DNA from: Klebsormidium nitens
Taxonomy: Eukaryota > Plantae > Klebsormidiophyceae
DNA: 64,000 nucleotides
NCBI GenBank assembly: GCA_000708835.1
Contig: DF237084.1
Location: 115,697 to 179,696 of the forward strand
Direction: 5' to 3'
A model generated the notes under the pieces. That model did not search any database. It was not told where the DNA came from and was given only the letters and a program-made list of their open reading frames with translations. The translations under genes were made by a program, and so were the position numbers. Below, piece after piece: positions 58,101 to 64,000 of the stretch. The stretch's first letter is position 1; each line of letters starts with the position of its first letter.

Positions 58101-59001
58101 GAACAAGACTTTCTCAATGACTTCTGGGCGGGGCGGATCCGGTGATTTTGTGCTTTGTGCTTTGTGCTTTGTGCTTTGTGCTTCGTGCTTTTTGCTTTCT
58201 GGTTTTGTGGTGCTTCGTTCCTGAATATTTACATTGTGTCGGAGGGTTTTTGGCCTTGTTAGGTTTGACACTATCCCCCTTGACCTCAAAGCGCGAGGTC
58301 ACTTATTTCCTTGTTCGGTTGCGCTTCTCGTTCCTCCGCACATCTCTTCCAAGGAGCGTTGCCATCTCTCCGTGTATGCCTGACCGGATGCGCTCTCCGT
58401 TTGCAGCACCTTGCCGCCAGAGAACAATCTCCTGCTCAACTTCCTCTTCAGCCATCCGGATCTTCTAGACCTCGACAACGCCGCGGTAAGCCTTTCCTCT
58501 TGCCAACGTTTTCGATCGATTGCCCTTCTTGAAGCCTTCTCTGCATGAAGGTTTTTCGTTTAGTCGATTTGGATTCCCTCGAGGTGGTGACCGTCTAAGC
58601 AACTTCCTGACGGAGTGGCTAAATTACCAAAGCCGCATGCTTAGATGCAGATTGGTTTGTCAGGCTTGTCACTTTTCTGAATGAATGTATGCCCGCATCT
58701 GGAATTCCCAGAGTTGCTTTTGGAAACTTCCTCGCTGGCGCTGAGCAGCCTCTCCCATGCTTTAAACTTTGACTTTCACACGTATTGAACTTTTAAGCTA
58801 CAGCTTGCGCACGTGGAAACTCAAGCATACATATTGTCTTGCCAACAGTTGATTCATTTTGCTGTGGCGGGCTCCAAGCCATGGGCATACGACCCCTCGA
58901 TGCCCGACATGACGCATCCTGACGTCGTCAGGTTTGTAAAGATGTGGCAAAAGCTGTACGCAGAGGATGAGTCTACGTACAAGCCAGCTGCCGGAGCATA
59001 G
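55120..59001 (+). CDS. Galactinol-synthase-like glycosyltransferase family 8, 5' end unresolved, apparent frameshift near 57925-57935; exons ?-55354, 56039-56292, 56853-57038, 57880-~58140, 58408-58484, 58849-59001
   Basis: AYVTFL...YWKGAVVLGKSLR...YPLIVAV; YTKLRIWQF..FDKLTYLDSD (DxD); NCFC; YCQ; PYINAGFFVFAPS; AEQDFLN; IHFAVAGSKPW...VKMWQKLY. Motif order matches plant GolS. Confidence 0.8.
58147..58192. repeat. (TTTGTGC)n heptamer microsatellite in intron
   Basis: About six consecutive TTTGTGC/TTCGTGC units directly after the donor. Confidence 0.9.
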
Positions 59002-60427
59002 TTAGAAGTTTAGTCAGCAAGATTCCGTAATGTTTTGCTGAACGTTTTCCAAGTTGGCAGAAAGCCTGCTACAGGCTGGAAAACGAGTTGCATGCATATA
59101 CTGCTGGGAGTACGTTGAAAGTACAGTAGTACTGTCAATATTCAAATTGGCTGAGATGACTGACCATTGCAGATCAAATTAATAGGTTGGACACTTCATA
59201 GACGACAATGCAGACACTCTTGGAAGTTAAGAACAAAAGTGACAATGATCATATGTTGATTGTTGTGTAACTTGTTGATGATCGCCTCTCGATTAGAGCT
59301 AGAAAAGTACAGGCTCTTGACGAGTTCTGGCGGCCCTGATTTTTCCGAATGGCCATGTTTACAAAATCGCCGTGCCTTTGGCGATAAATGGGATACGTAC
59401 CTAATTGAAAGGAGAGGCTGTTCCTTACATTTCTACTCCTTTGTATTTTCCGATTTTCATATCTATGTCAAATCCAGTAATAGCATTGTGGTAGTGAACA
59501 AAAAAGCCGTGGTATTGCCGTGCACGGCTTTGTACTTGATGATCATAGGTAACCTTTCCTTCAGCTTTTGGTTGCATGGAGAAGTTGGGCATGTGCAATC
59601 CGATATTCAGATTTTCATCATTCCATTCCAGTTGTATAAATGCGTGCAGTATGTGAAGTTTGATACAAAGACAAGGAGGTGTTCATCAATCATATGGAGC
59701 TCGATGGCAACCTCCTCATTTCCATGACGCATGGATGCATGCGACAAGTCGAGAGTGTCGTTATAAGATTGGCATGTGTGTTTAGCCTCAGGTCCAACTC
59801 CAGTAGGCGCAGGATTGTCTGCCCGCTCAGTGGGCCATCCAATAAAGTCCGCGGCTTCCTCATGCCATTTTGCGCGTACAAAACTGTCTCCTGAAGAGTT
59901 TATCTACATCCACATGCAATAGGCATTACAAAGATGCGAAGTTGTAAGTAAAAGATGCGGTTGCAAATCATATACAATGAGTACATGAGGATAGTGTCAA
60001 GCCTTTGAGAAAATGAAAGCATATATCACGTGTACGAGATCTGCAAAAGCTCTCACATCTTCGTGGGACAGATCATGCAAATGAATCTTCAAATCATGCT
60101 GTCGATGCTCAGAAGTTGGGAGCTTGAAATATGGTGATTGACATGGCCCATAAGTTTCCCCAACCCAGCAACCAAAACTGGCCAATTCCAACCCGTCCGC
60201 AAAACCTCTGAATTGTCAAGTCCAAGCTCCGGTCAATAAATGCGTGCTAGGGAAGGCCGAGAGAGCCTTCTTTATTGCTTCAAGGCAAGGAGTGCTTGCC
60301 TTCCGACTCGAATCAACGTTACGACTACAACCTACAGGAACAGACTTACTGAACTAAACCGCTTCATCATCTGTAGAGGCTCCAGTCCTCGTAGCATACG
60401 CGAGCTGAAGAGAGATTTGTTCACTTC

Positions 60428-63400
60428 TTACATGAGGTACAGCTCGTGCTGGTACGTCGAGTACCTGTCGCCCTCTCCTCCGCTGCTGGCGAATGTCTTC
60501 TTGTTGTATCCCTTGGCGCCAGTGTACTTTCCGGTTCCACCCACAATGGACAGGAGGTTGCCATCCTGGGAGAAAGCGATGTATTTTTAGAAGTGGTCAA
60601 TTTTACCAGGGTCCGGTGTCTAGACAACAGGATCCGGCGCTCTTTGAAGCTTGCCCAGTGCCATGAAGGAAAGTGAAGTCTGAGAAGGCTCGTTCTTACC
60701 ATACAGCGCAGTTCGTCCTTCAATTTCTTTTCGGCAAAGTCAGCGACGAAGTCATTATTTGCGTGTGACACCACATACAAGGATTGCCGCCTAATTTAGG
60801 GATGAACGACTCAGAGAATCGAGCGTTGCAACCACTTCTCTTGTTCCCTTCCTTCATGTTTTCTTCGCATCTCTATTTTGCAACGTCAGCAGCAGCATGC
60901 ACATTCGCAACCCCAGTGCTTTCGCACCTTTTGTGTGTCAGCATGCTGACGGACTAACTAATCAATTGCAACACTTGAGAATCATATCTTTCGTATTTCT
61001 TCTCAGTTGTCAATCAAAACAGTCGTCTCAACGGTGAACGGTTCCGCTCAATCCACGGACACATCACGCTCTGGAAGTCCGACTGTGTTTTCGACGCTGA
61101 TAAGCTCTCTATACAAGCAGCTTTTGGCTTTGTAAAGGGCAGGTCTGATCATCTTCATGCTGAGATCTTTCATATCTTCGCTGCGTTTGAGAGTCGACAC
61201 ACTCACCGCAGAAGTGAAGTGTCCCTGAACGCTGATGCTGTCCACTACGGTGTCGGGGTTGGTTCCGAAGAAGAAGGTGAAGTAGCAGATCTGCTCGAAG
61301 CTGGAGTCAGCCTGGTAAGGGATCACAAAGCTGCAGAAGCCCGACACGTATCCGACCTGCTTCTCAGTGCTGTCGGACACGTAGCTCCTGCAAAGAGAGG
61401 GAGTGGGAGCCGGTCAACAAACGTCAGCATGCACAGAAAGTTGTTCACCAAACTCACGTGAGTTCATGGCATTGATTCAAATGTCAATCGTGTTCTCCTT
61501 TGTAGAAAGGCACCAGCTAACCAAGCGCCACAGCTTTGGTGGACAAGACTTTCTCCTGTGTAGGGAAGAGTCGCCTTGCGCAAGCACAAGGGGGTAAGTG
61601 GTTCCAATCACATATGAAGCGTGTCTGAAGGGAGTCCGAAAAACTGGCGCCCTAGTCCTACCACGCCCTCTACCTAGAAGCTAGATGAGGTTATAGCAGC
61701 GCTCTGCCAAATGATGTCGAAGGAGAGCTTCTTCGTTGGTTCACTTCAAAAGGCTGGCTCAGAGGCAAGCTTTTGCTGTAAGAGGACTCTACAGTGACCG
61801 TGAAAAGAAGGACGTTTTCCATCCGTTTTAAGCTTGAGTGCCTGCTAGAGCGAGATTTGTCATTCCACTTTAGAGACATGAGAAAATCTAGGTGACTTCC
61901 TTTGCATGGCATTCAGCACTCAAGAGTGCTTATGAAATGCTGTTGGCTCCAAATGAAGTGCAGCTTTGCTGACGCTCATGCATGTGATGTGCTACTTCTT
62001 GAAAGACCCCATGATCACATGCAAGTTGTGAAGCACCCGTTGGCCAAAACATGACAAGTCAGTGCATGCTAATGGCCTTTTCTCCGTGTCACCAACCAAA
62101 CAGAAACACAAGCAGAAGCTTTCCTATCTAACCACCATTACTCGCTGCTTACGAAAAGAACTACCAAACCTGCCAAACCTGCCTAGGTTTCCGGCACCAA
62201 CGCCAACCTCAACTAGGTAACAAAGCGGTCATAATGTTCAGTCGTTCTTATGTCTTCATGCCCTTCTCCCCATGAATTGAAGTGCTTTTTCCTTGTCGAA
62301 AAGAGCTGTCAACACTTATACGGGGATTGGAAGGTGAAAGGAGCTTCACCTGTAGGGGCACAGGCCTCCGAACGTGGAGCCATCGCAGGCAGCCGCCTCC
62401 GGGTTGAGGGCATCATCAGTCACAAAGAGGGTGAGCTGCAAATGGAAGGAAACCAACATCGCTCGATTCACACCAAGTGTAGGAAGTAGTTCCCAAAAAA
62501 AACCAGTCCTAACAGCATTACCTGTGGAGGAGGAACCTGCGAAAAAGTATGTATCAAATGCAAATGCCGAGACAAGGCTGCTGCATGCTGTGAATGTGAC
62601 TGCTACCACTTTGGTGCGAAAGCCTGGTGCATGGCAACATCAAAGAAGCAGCTACTTAAGGAGCGACCGAGTGTAAGGAGAAACTGTTGAACCCCGGAAT
62701 CAACATGCAGACCGAGTTGTCCCACAATAATCTGATCTTATTCTGCAGCAACAGCTGAAAGCTTTGTCTGGTTTTATCTTACTGTTTACAGGTGATAGAA
62801 GCGTGAAGAGAAGGAGGAGAGACACTCAGAATGTCTTTGAAATGTCTTCATACCTTACGAGTGACCAGGATTTGTCAGGATATCCAAGATCTAAGTGCGT
62901 TCCAAAGCGCCGCACTAGAATGGAAGAAGCAGAACAAGCTCAAGACTCAAGACAATTGTTTGATAAAGAAGCTGACTGAAGCTCTGCATCTCAATTCCAA
63001 ACAAAGACAGCGCAATGCTCTAAGGAGGTAAGGAAGAACCTTGACCATTTCTTCTTCCAAAGCCTGTGTCAGATTCTTTACCTGGGGTCCAGCGCACTCC
63101 GCTGGGATCCACAGAGCTGCAAAGACCAGGAAGAAAAACGAGTCAGAAAGTGTGTAGAAGATCTGAGCCATCAGGATGCCCTACAATAACTCATGGCAGG
63201 GGAGCAGAAAGATCAGGGGAAAGGAGAGCACTGAGTCATGAAAAAGGAGTATCTGCAGATGGATTGCGTCATCCAAGAAATTTCCTCTGCGGGGCTCGAA
63301 GCCAAGTGCAATGCCGCTTGTAACAAGCTGCGCCGAAGAAGATGGTATGCCGTCTTATAATGCTGGAATGCCGACCTGGCTCGCTGAAAGATTGGCTGAT

Positions 63401-63578
63401 GCTTCACAAGTGCAAATCTCAGCTGTTCTTTCTCAACAAGCAAGAGGCATTCTCCGTATCAAACCTGAGAGAAGCAGAAAAGCAATAAATCATGTCTTGC
63501 ATCTTCAGGGAGCTGCAGCTTACCGGCAGCAGCGACGAGGAACGTGAAGAGCAGCGCTGAGGTCCTTGAGGAAGCCAT
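60428..63578 (-). CDS. Secreted dirigent/AOC-barrel-like protein, 169 aa; exons 63578-63524, 63116-63082, 62536-62522, 62435-62350, 61387-61207, 60565-60428
   Basis: Signal peptide MASSRTSALLFTFLVAAAALWIPAEC; KQVGYVSGFC; ISVQG; LSIVGGTGKYTGAKGY. Six exons total 510 nt with all phases matching. Confidence 0.8.
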
Positions 63579-64000
63579 TGTTGCTTGAGAATCTGTACTC
63601 CTAGACTTAGGCGCCGGAACAAGCTTTGCAATTCTCGGAAACTGCGATAGGCGGATTGTGGATTGTTTGTAGAGTGTTTTGCAGTGCTGAAGGCTTTGAA
63701 CGGCAGTGTCTGAGTCTTGGTTTTGAAATGCTGCGCACAGATGCGTACTGAAGACAAGACTCGGAGATTTCAGCGGTGTTTCAAAACGGTATGGGTAGGT
63801 GCGGTAGGTAGTCACAGGCTGGCAGGAGGAGGCAGCCTGGAGAGGGTTCAGCCTGGAGCTCTGCCATTCCCTGTGACTAGAGGTACGGTACCTGTTTACA
63901 AAGGAACACTATCGACTAGATGTATCATCGAATCATCCTCCAGCCAATTCATCCACAACCACAGTCGATCTTAATGTTGGGCGCGCCGGCCGCCGGCCGC

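Noticed and set aside
59300-60191. Broken minus-strand frames vaguely like a KDZ/CxC-type transposase
   Set aside because: Only impressionistic similarity across several frameshifts and stops. No catalytic motif confirmed.

Overview
This is eukaryotic nuclear DNA with GC-rich exons and GT-AG introns. The gene set and intron style suggest a streptophyte green alga such as Klebsormidium (inference). I assembled these spliced models by hand with consistent phases: WAPL (5'-partial), a MITE-disrupted and frameshifted F-box pseudogene head-to-head with an intronless F-box/LRR gene, a dienelactone-hydrolase-family protein, a Bet1/SFT1-type Qc-SNARE, a 909-aa low-complexity protein of unknown function, two secreted dirigent/allene-oxide-cyclase-barrel-like proteins, an EF-hand plus EMAP/EML WD40 protein, an RNF216-like RBR E3 ligase, and a galactinol-synthase-like GT8 with an apparent frameshift. 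Three related ~180-190 bp MITEs share a core, but one has different terminal repeats; two have perfect 9-bp target duplications. The most striking unexplained pattern is a recurrent 'exon-boundary stutter': degenerate tandem copies of splice acceptor plus exon head (or of an exon tail) stacked in introns of four genes, possibly five. A 30-bp duplicate of a gene 3' end also differs from the gene only at third-codon positions. I saw no rRNA, tRNA or CRISPR array.
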